Source: Euprymna scolopes (lineage: Eukaryota). Taken from it: a DNA stretch of 64,000 bases. The translations under genes and the position numbers were made by a program. The notes below the pieces were generated by a model that worked only from the letters and a program-made list of their open reading frames with translations, was not told the DNA's origin and did not search any database. Location of the stretch: the NCBI GenBank assembly GCA_053919585.1, contig CM132795.1. One strand, written 5' to 3'. Below are positions 37,823-50,825 of this stretch, one piece after another (the first letter of the stretch is position 1; the number at the start of each line of letters is the position of its first letter).

Positions 37823-38337
37823 GCCGACAAGTAATAAACTGATTTTATTGAAAAAATAAAAAATATCCCGTTTCAGTTTAGTGAATTTAAAGACGCAATA
37901 CCAGCAAACATCAAAGACTATCACAATGTCGCTTGAATTTAATCTTGCTTCGATTTTCCTGTCTTTGTTATGTATCTTTAACATTTAAATCTTTTAAAGC
38001 ACTTCGGCAGTTATTCAGTGAAATGTCTGAAAGGTAAAATGCATATTCGCTATTGAAACAGTTAATTGAGTTTTTTTCCTTTCAACGTAGTAAAACGTTG
38101 TCTTTACATATTTAGAGAAATACGTAAGAATTCCTTTTCTTTTTCAATTAAAAAAATGAAAAAAGAGAAGACAAGGAAGGAACTTCTGACAGAAAAAAGG
38201 TAAAATTAAGGTGACATTTTATTTGGATTGGTTTGTTCATGTTTTTGTAAACTTGAGTTTTTTCTTGTTGTTTTTCTTTTCTTTTTTGCTCTGAGAAGGG
38301 GATATATTCTTGTGAACATTTTTTTCAGCACGTGGAG

Positions 38338-38572
38338 TGTAATATAGCACAAATGCACGTATATAAATGTATGCGAAGTGAGGTCACTGGTGGAGAAAAA
38401 AGGCTATTAAAAAGAGAACGATTACGAGAGAGACGAGATAATGTTAGAGATTTCGTGAGAGACATGGATAACGTTCTATTTCATGGGGGTGACGTCACGG
38501 TGGTACCAATAAGGAAATAAATGTTTTTGCTACAAATAACAAGCGAGTTGGAGTTATTTCCTTTTCTTTTTT
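38338..38572 (+). mobile_element. Truncated copy of the 33419 LTR-like repeat
   Basis: Shares TAAATGTATGCGAAGTGA, AGGAAATAAATGTT, AACAAGCGAGTT. Confidence 0.65.
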
Positions 38573-39548
38573 GATGGCTTACTCATTAGATGAATTACTT
38601 ATTAAAAACAGGAAAAAACATTATTTTGAACAACTAACATGTTTCAAATAACTGACACACTCCGCCAACATTCTTTTCGGAATGAAGATGACTTTAATAC
38701 TGCATGAAATTCCTCTTCATACTAACGAGAATAATAATATATAATATATATAATAATAATATCATATAGGTGAAAGGTTTTTGCAATTGAAAAATGATTT
38801 AATGAGAAAATTTTCTAACGGTTTTATTTGCATTATTTCCTATATAAGTAATAATTTTTCAGACTATTTTGTATTCATAATGTTTTTTTAATAATAAACA
38901 CCATTTAAAATTTATAATTTTTCGGAATGATTTAATCTCCGTTTTATTGGAGTAAATTCTATTTAGATCATTTGGAAGCTTGTCTTGGTCCATATTTGAT
39001 AAAAAAAAAAAACTCGCGAACAAGTATATTTAAATTTTTTTAACATCATTGTCTCTATTTGGTCTGTCCTAGAAAATAGAAGGTTTGCGAACTTTGTTGT
39101 TTTATTTTGTGTTTACGACTCTTAAACAATTCAATTAGTAAGTCTGTATCGTACTGATGGAAAATATTATGCTGATGAACAGATTAACATATGCAATAAT
39201 TTTTTACCCTGCTGTGGATGATAATAAAATTAGAATTTGGGAAACATATATACTCAATGACAAATATGTTAGTCATGAATTATGAAGGGAAATTACCACC
39301 TAAATCTGCGTTTGGACCGCGTTGGGTTTAACACCACCCCAGCCTTACTCGGTGTGAGAGCCGGATGTTGTCTATCATAGTTGGAGGCAAATAAACACAA
39401 TTATAACATTGCCAGTAGAAAGGTCACATGCATGGCAAAAATATTCTCCAATAGAATCCAAAAAGGTAACCAGCTGCTGCCCAAAAATTAAGTGTAACAG
39501 CTGCAGTACCAACAACAACTGTAACAGCAGAAAAAAAACAGGGAGTTG

Positions 39549-39630
39549 ACGGTGGCTCAGTGTTTAAAAATGCGGGTTGACAACCTGGGTGTGACAAGTT
39601 TGAATCCAGTTCATTCCACAGAAACATTAT
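39549..39630 (+). mobile_element. tRNA-derived SINE head
   Basis: Box A TGGCTCAGTG, box B GTTTGAATCC; homologous to 39944-40021. Confidence 0.55.
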
Positions 39631-39943
39631 CAGTTAAGAACATTGGCAACCTTCACTTGGTTCCTCCTGTAAATATCAAATATCTTTCTAGAAATAATTC
39701 TTAAGAGAAAGATATCAAGGAAACGAATGTCAACAATAATCGTCATCAAGAATGATGCTCAACAACAGCAACAGCTGTAGTGGCAACAGAACTTCCTGAA
39801 ATAGCAAAAACCGTGGCTGGAGCACTATCACCAAAAAAAAAAAAAAAGAACAGGAAAAATTCCTCAAATACCTCTTTAGCAAAAGTGACATTGCAAGAGA
39901 AACAGCTGCCATTGCACCCCAAAAGCAATAACAGCAAGGTGAT

Positions 39944-40021
39944 GATGGTGGCTAAGTGGTAAACGACACAAACTGACAACCTAGGTATGCCATGTTCGAA
40001 TCCAGTTTGTTCCACAGAAAC
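39944..40021 (+). mobile_element. tRNA-derived SINE head
   Basis: Box A TGGCTAAGTGG, box B GTTCGAATCC; both copies end TTCCACAGAAACA. Confidence 0.55.
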
Positions 40022-40229
40022 AGGCAGTGAAAAGGAAGAATCTATACCTGCTCTGAATTTGAGAGGAGTAAGTCAGTAAAGACGAAGAGACAATGAAAAG
40101 AACAATCTCTAGTGAAAGTAAAAACCAGCAAAAGAATTTGCGACTAATAAAAAGTAAAATATGCTAAGCAGCAGCTACCTCCCAAAGAAAAAAAAGATAA
40201 AGAAACTACGAACATCACCCACCCTGCAC

Positions 40230-41900
40230 AGCCTTCTCAACCCTAATCCTCAACCCTAATCCACTTCGGCAGGAGAAAAGACCTCTTCACTCTACAACGT
40301 CCTCTAAGTTTGTTTTTGCTGTCAACTTGATGAATGGGGACATAAAGAACTGGAAGAGGAGAGCAACACCAATCTTAAACCCCCTTCTCCACCACCTGAG
40401 AGGCAGGAAAGAACTCGTTAACTCCCCTTATTACCATGAGCCTCGTATATGTGAATCAGGCCTATTATATGCTATGGCCGACTTCACATCCCAACAAAGG
40501 AAAATGCTGAAAATTTTACAGGCCTTCACAAACGTAAGGACTTTGAATATCACCGACTCCCAGAGTGTTCCTTATGCTCTCCTGCTAATAGCATTTCTAA
40601 GACCAAAGAAGTGCAGTTGAATAAAAGTTCACGGTGAATAATCGGGGCTGAAAAGGGGGAAATACAAAAACTAAGAGTGATAGGTGATCACCCTTTATTG
40701 AAAGAGATCCAAATCAGACTTGAAAGGGTAGTCTCTTTTTATGTACACACTTCTTTTTACAAAATTCTGAAATTTTTCTTGATGTCATAGGAACGGTGCA
40801 AGATGAGTGGTTTATGCCCAAACTGCTGACTGGCAGTTTCAACCGGGCCTCAGACATTCTTACACTTGAGGACTTCAGCCTCGTGTGTAACATTGAATAA
40901 ATACAATGATCCTGATTTGAACGCGTTGTCTGTGACGGTTAACATTGTGGATGCTGATGTGAAAAGCAACTTAATCAAGGTCAATGATTCTGTTGATAAC
41001 AAGACATTATGAATTGTTGTGGTTTATTTGCCCAACAACTCTGATGAAAGAGTGCTTTTCTTGGTAATTTGAGGAGGTTCTTGATGGATTCAGAGCAAGT
41101 AGTGTTAATGGAAGGAATTGGAATGTCATCCTTGATCCCAACATGGACAAGAGCGGGAAGAGTAATGGATCCGGAGGTTGTGAAAGCAGGCTCTTTGATG
41201 TGAGAGCTTTGTGCGATTTTGTTGACAGATGTTGCATTGATCACCTATGTCTTGATAAAATCTATGGAGTTGGATATGCTTCCGATCAGGATCTGGTCGT
41301 TTACTTTAAACATCAGCTTAAAATGAAACTCAGATGTCATTGGATGAGATTATATTGTATGAGGATTGGTAGGATGTGTGTCTACAGCAATAGCTTGCGC
41401 ATCCATTGAGGAGCTGGATATGAGCTCATGTTTCCTGCATAAGCATTACACATATGGTCTCAAATTTAAAAGACTCATAGCTAGTAAATTAAATGAGCCC
41501 TGGACCTGTTTAGTTTTGTTTTGTGCTAGAAACCCTCCAAACATGCCCACTCCCCACATTTTACAGGCAAGCGGGAACACGTCTGTAAATTTAATATTCC
41601 TTTGACACTTCCTCATTTGGAGGAAACCGGTTCAACACATCTAGGGTGAATGCCATACAACAACTCCCCACATTTATTTTGATCCAGATCACCACTAAAC
41701 TGTAGTAGTATAGCTTGGAGGACACCATTCATTCCTATTCCACCCCAATCTGTTTTATTTTTTGACGTCCACTTAGCCCCCACTCTTTCGAATTTGCTTG
41801 TTTTCCGAGCACCAGGGTAACAGTGTGTGGCTTAACACTTTACAAAGGGTTTGAAGGGTCTTATTAACCTACACTTTTTCTTTTTTTTTTTTTAGATCAT
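40230..41900 (-). mobile_element. Highly decayed LINE-like remnant
   Basis: GC-richer, coding-like composition with faint endonuclease-like (CNAYA, LDL, DH) traces; no intact motif. Confidence 0.3.
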
Positions 41901-42289
41901 CTAAATAAGACCAAGCCACAGAGTGAATATGGTATTTTGGTGTGAGTGTCTAGTGTAGGATAAGCACAATAGTTTTTTGACAAAATAAAATTACCTTTCC
42001 CCCCCACACACACACACGCATACAAAAAAGATTTTAATTTCATGTTTAAAGCAACCGATGAAATTTATGATTTTTGTTTAAAAAAAACAAACGTGTTTTG
42101 AATGTATATTAATAGCTATATCGAAATGGATTAGTTATTTAGCCTTTAGTTTTAATCTATATCTCATTTTAGCTCTGGGTAAACAAACAACTTGTGTTTA
42201 ATAGGATGTATACTATCGATCGTTTATAATAGGCTTTAATTAATTAGAACATTGTTCTAATACCGTAAAATAACCAAACCGACTGTATG

Positions 42290-42550
42290 GTTGGGTGGTT
42301 GTTTTTGTTTTACGGCATATCAACCCTTTTCGGGTTATTTAATGCCGAAGAAGAATTTTTTACTAGAATATATTTGTTGTTTTCAAGTCGATTTCTATTT
42401 AACCCACAGTTGGGACCCTAACAGGTACTACCACTCCGGGTCAGAGTGGACCTGGGAGCAATGGCAATTAAAGTGTGGTTTCACACTCCTCAAAGCCCGC
42501 AAGCTGGGGCCTCACCACTGGATATAGTTTAAGGTCATATCCAGGACCAT
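42290..42550 (-). mobile_element. SINE-like insertion with 11-bp TSD
   Basis: CCGACTGTATG at 42279-42289 and 42551-42561; (GGTT)n-like tail on the left. Confidence 0.7.
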
Positions 42551-43335
42551 CCGACTGTATGACTACACAAATTTTAGCGAGTATATTTTATGCAATCATT
42601 TGTAAGGCGACTGTTCGTCCAGTTTGGAGTGCATCACAAACATGAACTTCATCTTTTACCTCTCCATCCAAGCGTATTGTTCGACATGTATTTTAGAACG
42701 GATATTTCAAAGCAGAGGAAATAATTGGTTGCTATAGGATGATGACTGACTCGGCCTTTCTCCTGTTTAAACGATAACAGTTCACTGCACTGAATGTAAA
42801 AAGAATTCCTACGTAGTTTACTCGTGGTAGACTCGCTTAATTGGAATGCCACAAGCGTTGAGTAGAAACTACATTGTTTCCTTTTATCAAAAAATATCAT
42901 TGTTTCTTGGGTGAATATTATATGCTATTTGAAACAAGAAGGTCGCCCAAAGATAGTGTCCTTTGTTCAGTGCTGATTATTAATGACAAACAATTTGTAT
43001 GCCTTATTTACAGAATTAAAAAGAAAACAGTTTTAGATCGCTGTTATTCCGTTGTAAGTACTAACATTGTCCACAGGATCATTAGGAGATCAAGAGTTGA
43101 AAACACATGAGATTTCTCGTCGTCAAAAGAACACAAATCAATATCTAGAAAAGAGTTTGTTTGTATCATCTTTCTATCTATCTCTCCCTCTCTCCATTAG
43201 TGATGGGACGATTTGAATATTTTTCCTGATTCTGTACTAAATTACCGATTCCGATTCTTCATAAATCTAAATATTTTACAATAAAGTTGTTATTTTTTCC
43301 CAAATTACCGTAAGCACGCATATTAAACGTGTAAA

Positions 43336-43793
43336 TCTATCTATATATGTATAAAGGTGAAAGTGTCTCTCTGTCTGTCTGTGTATCTGTGTGTCTGTGT
43401 GTGTACATTTCCCTACACAATAACTCTGTCAATTTTTAGTTCACAGACTCGAAATTTGATATAGAGAGTACTGAGATTTGGGAAAATAGGTGTGATCGGT
43501 TTTCGGCCAGAAATTTAGCGATTAAGGGGTCAAAGTTCAACGATTGAACCTTTGAGAACTCTACCAAACTATTTCGATAATTTTCGGTCTAAACACTTAA
43601 AATTTTGGATATAGGTTCATTGGAGATGGATCTAACTTAATAACTTGAGTTGAGCCCAAAACACTAAATTTTAAGGGGTCATAATAGGGGTCAAAGTTTA
43701 AAAAAATTGACCACTTTTTTTTTTTGCTCAACATACATCTCCAAATACCCGGGCAACGCCGGGCACCCATGCTAGTATATCTATAAAAGTGAA

Positions 43794-43843
<50 letters not shown>

Positions 43844-44579
43844 CGTGTGTGTGTGTTTACATTTCCCTACCAAACTACTCTGTCAATTTTCAGTCTGGAG
43901 ACTCGAGATTTGACATAAGGGGTATTGAGATTTAGGAAAATCTTTTTAATTGGTTTTTAGCCAGAAATTGGCTTGTCACTGGGTCAAAATTAAACGATTT
44001 GACCTTTGAAAACTCTACCAAACTCCTTCGCCAATTTTGGATCTAAACACTTATTTGATTTGAACCCAAAACAATAAATGTTAAGCAGTAAAAATTTGTC
44101 TCAAAGTTTTTAAAAAAATCGACTTCTGTGGTCTTTACCAAATTACGCAGCCAATTTTTGGTTTTGAAATTTTACATAAAGTGTATTCAAACATAGGTCA
44201 AGCTTTTTAATTGGTTTTTGGCCCAAATTTGGGCTGCTAAAGGGTCAAAGTTTAAAAGATTTAACCTTTGCGGTCTCTAACAAGCAATTCAGTCAATTTT
44301 GGGTCTAAACATTTGAAATTTTACATAAAGGGTATTCCGACATGCAGCAAGCTTTTTAATCAGATTTTGGGTGAAAATTTGGCTGCTAAGAGGTCAAAGT
44401 AGAAATAGTTGACTTTTGCAGACTCTACCAAACACCTCTGCCAATTTTGGGCCCAAACACTTAAAATTTTAGATGTAGGTTACCTGTACATGAGTCAAAC
44501 TTTTTAATATGTATATACATACGCACATAAAGTTATGAACAGTACATAGGGCCCGAGGAAAGCCAGGCTGAACTGCTAG
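43336..44579 (+). mobile_element. Non-autonomous Helitron B
   Basis: A|TC start, CTAG|T end after a degenerate hairpin, no TSD; (TG)n near the 5' end; internal ~120-bp repeats. Confidence 0.8.
43340..43775 (+). mobile_element. Non-autonomous Helitron A, inserted in the 5' terminus of Helitron B
   Basis: A|TCTATATATGTATAAAGGTGAAA start; CCCGGGCAACGCCGGG hairpin + CTAG|T end. Confidence 0.8.
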
Positions 44580-45698
44580 TATTTTCCTAAACGCAAAAAC
44601 ACACTTGGAGGTGACCTATAGATTTTAGTTTTACTATCTATAAATATTGTATTATTTTATTATTCCTATCAGCCGTGAAAAAATGTTGTTTTAAACAAAA
44701 TTTAATAAAAATAATAATTAAAGGAATCGTTTTGGGCATCAGAAAATTGGCACAAATTCCAAAATTAACGCCTCCTATTTTTTATTCCAATTGAATAAAT
44801 CAGAGGAAATTGCAATTACATTGTTATGATTGCTAAGTGTGTGCATTCATGACATGATACTTTTATTTCTATTGCAGATATTGACGGTGTGAGACTCTAA
44901 GAAATCAACCTCTGTCATCGACGTGCGTCAGAAGCAGAGATGCGTCAGTGAATTCCTGGCAAAATTGCATTCAGAATGGTAATGGCTAGATAGAAAAATA
45001 AATTCTCGAGCACAAAAGGTTGTTCATATAAATGGTACCATTCCCGTCTTCGTTTTATTTCAGCTTTTTTAGTTAGAAAAACAAAATAGGTTTTACTTTT
45101 GGAACGCCCTCGGTGTGATAAAGTGCGCTCCAGGCGCCCATGAACAGACATCGTTGATCGCTGGCAAAAGTGTATTGAGAATTGTGATGACTTATGTAGA
45201 AAAATAAATTCTGGGGCACAAAAGGTTGTCTGTTTTAATGGTAAGTGAATATGTATTGTGAAAATCGATATGTTATAGTATATGTAAATAAATTTAAATG
45301 ATAGTAATTTTTTAGTTGCTATGCAGACACCGTTGAATTTTTCCTTCAATTCTGTCTGAGGTCACTATGCATAATTATCTGTTAAGTCCACTAAATATCA
45401 AAAATAGCTTAAGAACGTAAAGAAAAGAAATTCAGTTTTTGAAATAGACTTTCTTCGTTTCATAAAATGATATAGAATTAAACAAAGGACATATTTCAAA
45501 GGAGTTAACATTTAAATAATTATTTTATTGGTATTTTTCATATTAAACATAATTTGTTATCGTTTAATAATTTGAATTTGTTTTGATTTGATTTTAATAG
45601 TTTGAATTCGATTTGATTTGCCAGAGGTTAAGTAACCAATGAAGTTTAACGAGATTAATACAAGAGTGCTCAATTCTTAAGTAGAGCAGTGTATACTC

Positions 45699-45935
45699 TT
45701 TATTTGTTTTTACATAAGCAGTAATATGTTGCTACACATTCATAAGTATGTTTCAGTCAGCTAGTTACCAGTAACTAAAGACCTCGTCAAGTGATACAGG
45801 CAATACAGCTTATACAAAAGCAAACTTTGCTTTCGTATAAGCGGTATCACATGAAGAGGTATCTAGTTACTAGAAACTAGCTGACTGAAACATGCTCATG
45901 AATGTGTAGCAACATATTATTGCAAAACAAATAAA
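45699..45935. mobile_element. MITE/foldback with ~60-bp inverted arms
   Basis: GCAGTAATATGTTGCTACACATTCAT...CAGTCAGCTAGTT versus AACTAGCTGACTGAAACATGCTCATGAATGTGTAGCAACATATTATTGC. Confidence 0.7.
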
Positions 45936-46039
45936 TCACTTGCGGTCTCAAGATAACAAGTAAAAAAGTATAAGTAAAAAAAAAAGAAACTATCACGTTT
46001 GCAAATCCAACGTATACACACACATGCCCAGCACAGACA

Positions 46040-46850
46040 GACATCATCATCATCATCATGCAGTCCGTCAATCTTGACGATGACTAGTTGGAGCCTCAGT
46101 GCTTTATCCCTCGGTGTTGGCATAGTTCACTCCATCACCACAGGACTTTCCACCTTGGCTCCAAACTTGTATGTGCAGTTTAGGTGCAGTATCTCTTGCG
46201 CATCACCCTCTGAACCTCCATTGTTCATGTCCAGTGGAGCAAACCAGCAACGATTGGCAGCAGAGGAGGCTGCAGCTTCTGGCCGAAAGTAATTTCAGTG
46301 AGGTAAACAGTCGCCCTATTGTGTCCGCTACTATGCCTTTTCTTCTGTGTGCATTTGGATTCGTAATCTGGCAGAGGGATGTGATGCATCTAGCGTGTTA
46401 GGTATAAGTTAGTGTTAAGTTTAGGCTAGTATACCTTCTCTCTTCCAGCTAACACCACTGGCTAACCTCGTGGTGAAAAGGGAGCAGCTATGGATAAGTC
46501 TTCCCTGCCAATACATAGCCTCTCCATCATCAAGATTCCTATAGTACGTCCACGTTGGCCACACATGGTAACTAGGTGCCTTGTGATCCCAGGCTAATCT
46601 CGTAGTAGTAGAGGACCCCAGAGGTTATGGCCTACTGATGTGTGGGCATGCCCTGGCACACTACCAACCCCTACCCCATTGTCTTGTGGGTGCCCTTGGT
46701 TAGGCGAAGACTAGGGGAACCAACCCCTAAATCAAACACTACTGCCTTGTGGGCCTTATCATAGCAAAAGGCTAAGAGATTGGAACTCTGACTTCAAATC
46801 TTACTGCTGCCTTGCAGTTTTCCTTGAAAGGCTATGGAACCTCATCCAGA
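46040..46850. mobile_element. GC-rich retroelement fragment (RTE-like), flanked by CAGACAGACA repeats
   Basis: (CAT)n at the left end, possible TSD CAGACAGACA at ~46034 and ~46847, HDV-ribozyme-like motifs inside. Confidence 0.45.
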
Positions 46851-47384
46851 CAGACAGACATATACATAGAATAAATTCAAGAGTATCGCTTTATATCAAT
46901 GGGAATTACCATTTTAATTCCCATTGATACAATTGAATTTACTCTATATTTATAATTTATATAATATTAAATAATGGGCAATCAACAGTTTCCCACTTTC
47001 ATAAAAATTATTAAAGCCAAATCATAGAGTAGTATAACATTTTAATATTAACCAATGTGCTTCTGCAGTATAGCACTCATATTAAAAAGAAGCAAACTCT
47101 TAGCCGTAATGTAGTGAAAAGTTAGCTCAACAGAAAATTACAGAAAATAATCGAAGAGTTTCATTTTTAATAAGAAATGAGGTACTTGGACAGAAATCGA
47201 CTCAAGAAATAAGGTATTTGTATGATATAGTACTCGTATGGAAAACAAAGAAAATCTTAACTGTGACGTACATAAAAGTTTTTAAAATCGAAAATCACGT
47301 CAAATCATTGAGTAGTATGATTTTTCATTGTTTTCTCATTTAGAATACTTTACAATTATATTATTATGAAAACGGGCGGAGTGA

Positions 47385-47640
47385 TCAGAAGGGGTATAAG
47401 GAGTCAGTCACGAAAACGGCTGAAGCACATTACGCTCCTAAAATCACTTATTTCATATATATATATATATTTTAAGAGTAGGTGTATGGTGTAATTTCGG
47501 TAATTGCTGAAGCAGTTTACTATCTAAACATCACTGTATTTCATATATATTTTTTAAGAGAGGGGGGCTATAAGGAGTTAGTCCCGAAAATGGCTTAAAC
47601 AATTTACGATCTAAGAACAATTTTATTTCATCTAACAAAT
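47385..47640. repeat. Diverged tandem repeat (~85-95-bp unit) running into a gap
   Basis: GG(G/C)TATAAGGAGT(C/T)AGTC.CGAAAA.GGCT and ATCACT..TATTTCATATATAT..TTTTAAGAG recur. Confidence 0.6.
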
Positions 47641-47649
47641 TAATGAATT

Positions 47650-47785
47650 NNNNNNNNNNNNNNNNNNNNNNNNNNNNNNNNNNNNNNNNNNNNNNNNNNN
47701 NNNNNNNNNNNNNNNNNNNNNNNNNNNNNNNNNNNNNNNNNNNNNNNNNNNNNNNNNNNNNNNNNNNNNNNNNNNNNNNNNNNNN
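47650..47785. other. Assembly gap (N run)
   Basis: Run of N. Confidence 1.
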
Positions 47786-48699
47786 TGTCAACATTATACA
47801 CTTTTATTTTTTCATTTATCACATCCCACCAATTACTGGTCCATTCCATTTTCTTACCTCTATGAAGAAATTGCAAAAGTTGACATGCAACATGTTTCTA
47901 ACAAATCTTATTACTTACGTGCTAAATTATCAGATTATCAGGAAAAAATTGTGACATCGTTATTACTGATTTACAAGTCACTTTGATTAAATTATATCTC
48001 TAGAAAAAAGTAATGCCTTACTATAGTTCTATTCTTTATAATAATATATCTCAAGCAGTTATTCATATTTGTCTACAAAAATATTTATTTTGTAATTCAC
48101 GGTCTAATCGGAACTAATATTACACTTATTCTATTGTTTGCTTGTGTGATGATGTTTTCAACTACCGTGGAATTTCCATGGGTTCTGCCAGTAGAATATT
48201 ATTAGTCCAAGTAAAATGTAAACTCAGCGCAGGAAAAGATAACTGCAACCATATTGGATGTAATCTGATTAACACTTTAAATTTATGATTGATGATATTT
48301 GGAACGTTTTCGTTGGCTGATGTATCACGGTCAAAAACTACAGCGCTACTTTGGATACTGTGCTTGGTTCTCATCAAAAAATGGCATCACAATAGTTTAT
48401 TGAACATACCCGTTTTTATATGTACCATTTGCTATTTAAGTCACTGTTATAAGGCTGATATCTTTTCAGCTGATGCGTTCAGGGGCTGTTGATTTCTGTG
48501 ACTAACCCCGTTGTTAGTACTAAGGAAGAATCTCATCCCTGTTTAAATTTTTCTTTTTGTTCCGGCTACACCTAGTTTGAATTGATCTTGTATCACTACG
48601 ATCATGTGAGTTTGCTTTTGGCCTTTCCTGACACTTTTTACATAAACCTGCACTGAAACCAAGTCTGTCATAGGGACATACTTGGTTTCAGAGCCTCAG

Positions 48700-48817
48700 A
48701 TCATCAGCATCGTCGTCATCATCATCATAGTCGTGGTCATCGTTATCATCAGCATCATCGTCGTCATCATCATCATCATCATCATTATCGTCGGTGTCAT
48801 AATCATCATCATCATCA
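48700..48817. repeat. Degenerate (CAT)n microsatellite, probably a minus-strand LINE tail
   Basis: CAT/CGT triplet run followed by pyrimidine-rich LINE-like sequence. Confidence 0.8.
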
Positions 48818-49524
48818 ATTAAACGTTCATTTTGCATACTACCTTTTATTTTTTAAATTGACCTCAAAATAATCCATCCCAGATTATATCTTTATTCCTC
48901 TTTCTCTCAAGTTGATTCTTAAAACGTTCTCCCATATTTATCTTGGCCTTCTCTTGTGAACTGAACCTACTACCTCAACTGCTCTCCTCTCATCCATTCT
49001 CATCTATTCATACTATCGACCACTTCTATTCTACACACATTCTCCCTATACTGTCCAGATTTAATCTTCCTCTTGGTCTTCAAAAGTTTACAAACGGAAA
49101 GTGTTGGTAATTCACCGAGCATACGAGGGTCGCTCTGGAATTAGATCCCTCTCCGGGATCGCCATGAGTTATAGTTTATATGGAGGATGGATTAGTCCAT
49201 TTGGAGGGTGGTTCCCGCACAACACCACCCTTCCCAAGCTGACTTCTCCGGGTGTGAAATTAGTATCTTTTCTTTTTGGGGCTGTCCAGCAAGAGGTCTG
49301 TATGCTTCCTTTTTCTGACGGATAGTCTTGGTTCTGACAATGCCTTTTGGGGGTTCGACTTCAAAACAGGCATATACTGTATCAATTGCCTCTCTGCCTT
49401 CCTGCGGTGCTGCTTCTTGATCCTCGGAGATGCGTTTCCTTATTTGGTTCAGATGCCTCTTATATGTTCGAATTTTGGGCCCTGAATGATGTATGTGATA
49501 CAGTAAAACAGTCTGTTTGTGGAT

Positions 49525-49527
<3 letters not shown>

Positions 49528-49595
<68 letters not shown>
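49528..49595. repeat. (TA)n microsatellite (others at ~52970-53037, 54267-54307, 54593-54643, 58162-58239)
   Basis: Direct observation. Confidence 0.95.
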
Positions 49596-49600
<5 letters not shown>

Positions 49601-50484
49601 TTAAAGAAGTCTTGTTTATTTTATTAAAAAAATATATTCCTGGGGATACTAAGTTTTACTTAACTCGTGCATAGTGCTTGAAAATTCTCAATTATAAAAG
49701 AGTCTTACACTATGTAATATATATAAATAAAAACCCTTAACTAAATTGTTAAATAGAAAACGGAAATCATCAATTGTTTAACATGTAGCTTATTCAGAGA
49801 TTTAAATAGAAGGCAGCTTTCAAAGGCATGGCTCTCCAGTGGATATTTGCGTGTGCGTATGCAAGGAAGAAACTAGAAAGCAGGAATTATTCCATGGGTG
49901 AAATATTTCAAGGAATTAAATGAGTGTGAATTCTCTAGTTTATGTCAATCTCTTTCATCTCATAGCCGCCGGCATGACAAATCAAACTGCATTGTGAATG
50001 TGTCCTTGAGTTCAGAAGGTCGCAAAAGGTGAACAAAAATAATTAGAAGTAAATTAGAGTTGAGCATAGGATTTGAATTACTATCGACCTTAAAGATGAA
50101 ATCCTTGCTTAATGATGAGGTAAACGGCACACAATTTAATTTAAAGGCTTCTTTAAACCAGAACCGTTGAGAGGGGTCAAGGTGGGCGAGTGGTTTCAAT
50201 AGCAAAATGAGAACTTCCTTATTTTTCTATGCTATTCCCTTTCTTACTTTCTATTTAAAAAGTTACCACGAAAAGGATATGATCAGATTGAGAGCCACTG
50301 CAACTTTCTTCTTACTCTAATCACATCCGAGAAAGTACACAGGTTTAGTGTTAAAGGGATGATTTCAGTCGTAAATCGGAGGGATCGGTTTAGCTTTAGT
50401 TCTTAGTTCATTAGTTAAAATTTTGTAGGAAAATATTATATAGATTGGATTTTTACAATAACGCATTTGTTACATGTTATTGTA

Positions 50485-50825
50485 CAGAGTAGAACGATAA
50501 AACTGCCGCCCTAAAGAACATAATACTACAGCTTTATTTTTAAATTCTTATTGAAAAAAAATCAATTCAGGTGACTTAATCATGTAGTAGAGGTGACATC
50601 TATCCAATGTAACTGCTTTCAGCCTTAATCACTGGCTCAATATGGGTTCGGAACTGAGAGCACGCTATTTCTGCAAGCACCAGTGGAAGCTCGGCGAATA
50701 CTCGGTATTTGGCGGCGATCAGGTTGGCTTTGGTGTTGTAGGAGGTCATGTTGATGATGTTCTTGACGTATGATCGAACGAAATAGTCCCGCATGTTCAG
50801 ATCAGGGAAGAAGGTGCGGCCAATG
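50485..50825 (-). mobile_element. Tc1/mariner transposon 3' remnant
   Basis: FPDLNMRDYFVRSYV...ACSQFRTHIEPVIKAESSYI resembles the SPDLNPLDY...RIEAVIEAEGGYIE C-terminus; TA|CAG terminus at 50483-50487. Confidence 0.75.

Larger units (their letters stand above)
43198..44765 (+). mobile_element. hAT-like MITE split by two Helitrons
   Basis: TAGTGATGGGACGATT terminus; ...GTGTAAA (43335) rejoins TATTTTCCTAAAC (44580), as in the uninterrupted copy near 51710. Confidence 0.7.

Noticed and set aside
39549-40021. tRNA genes
   Set aside because: Boxes A/B present but no complete cloverleaf with an acceptor stem.
44878-44978. Exon-like segment with a strong acceptor (TTTCTATTGCAG) and donor (ATG|GTAAT)
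   Set aside because: Stops in all three frames; could only be a UTR or non-coding exon and nothing else supports it.
49477-49515. Hammerhead-like CCTGAATGA-TGTATGTGATACA-GTAAAACAGTC next to (TA)n
   Set aside because: Core boxes are disrupted (extra A, no GAAA); at best a dead relic. CTGATGA at 52430 and 63308 likewise lack a stem II-GAAA-stem III arrangement.
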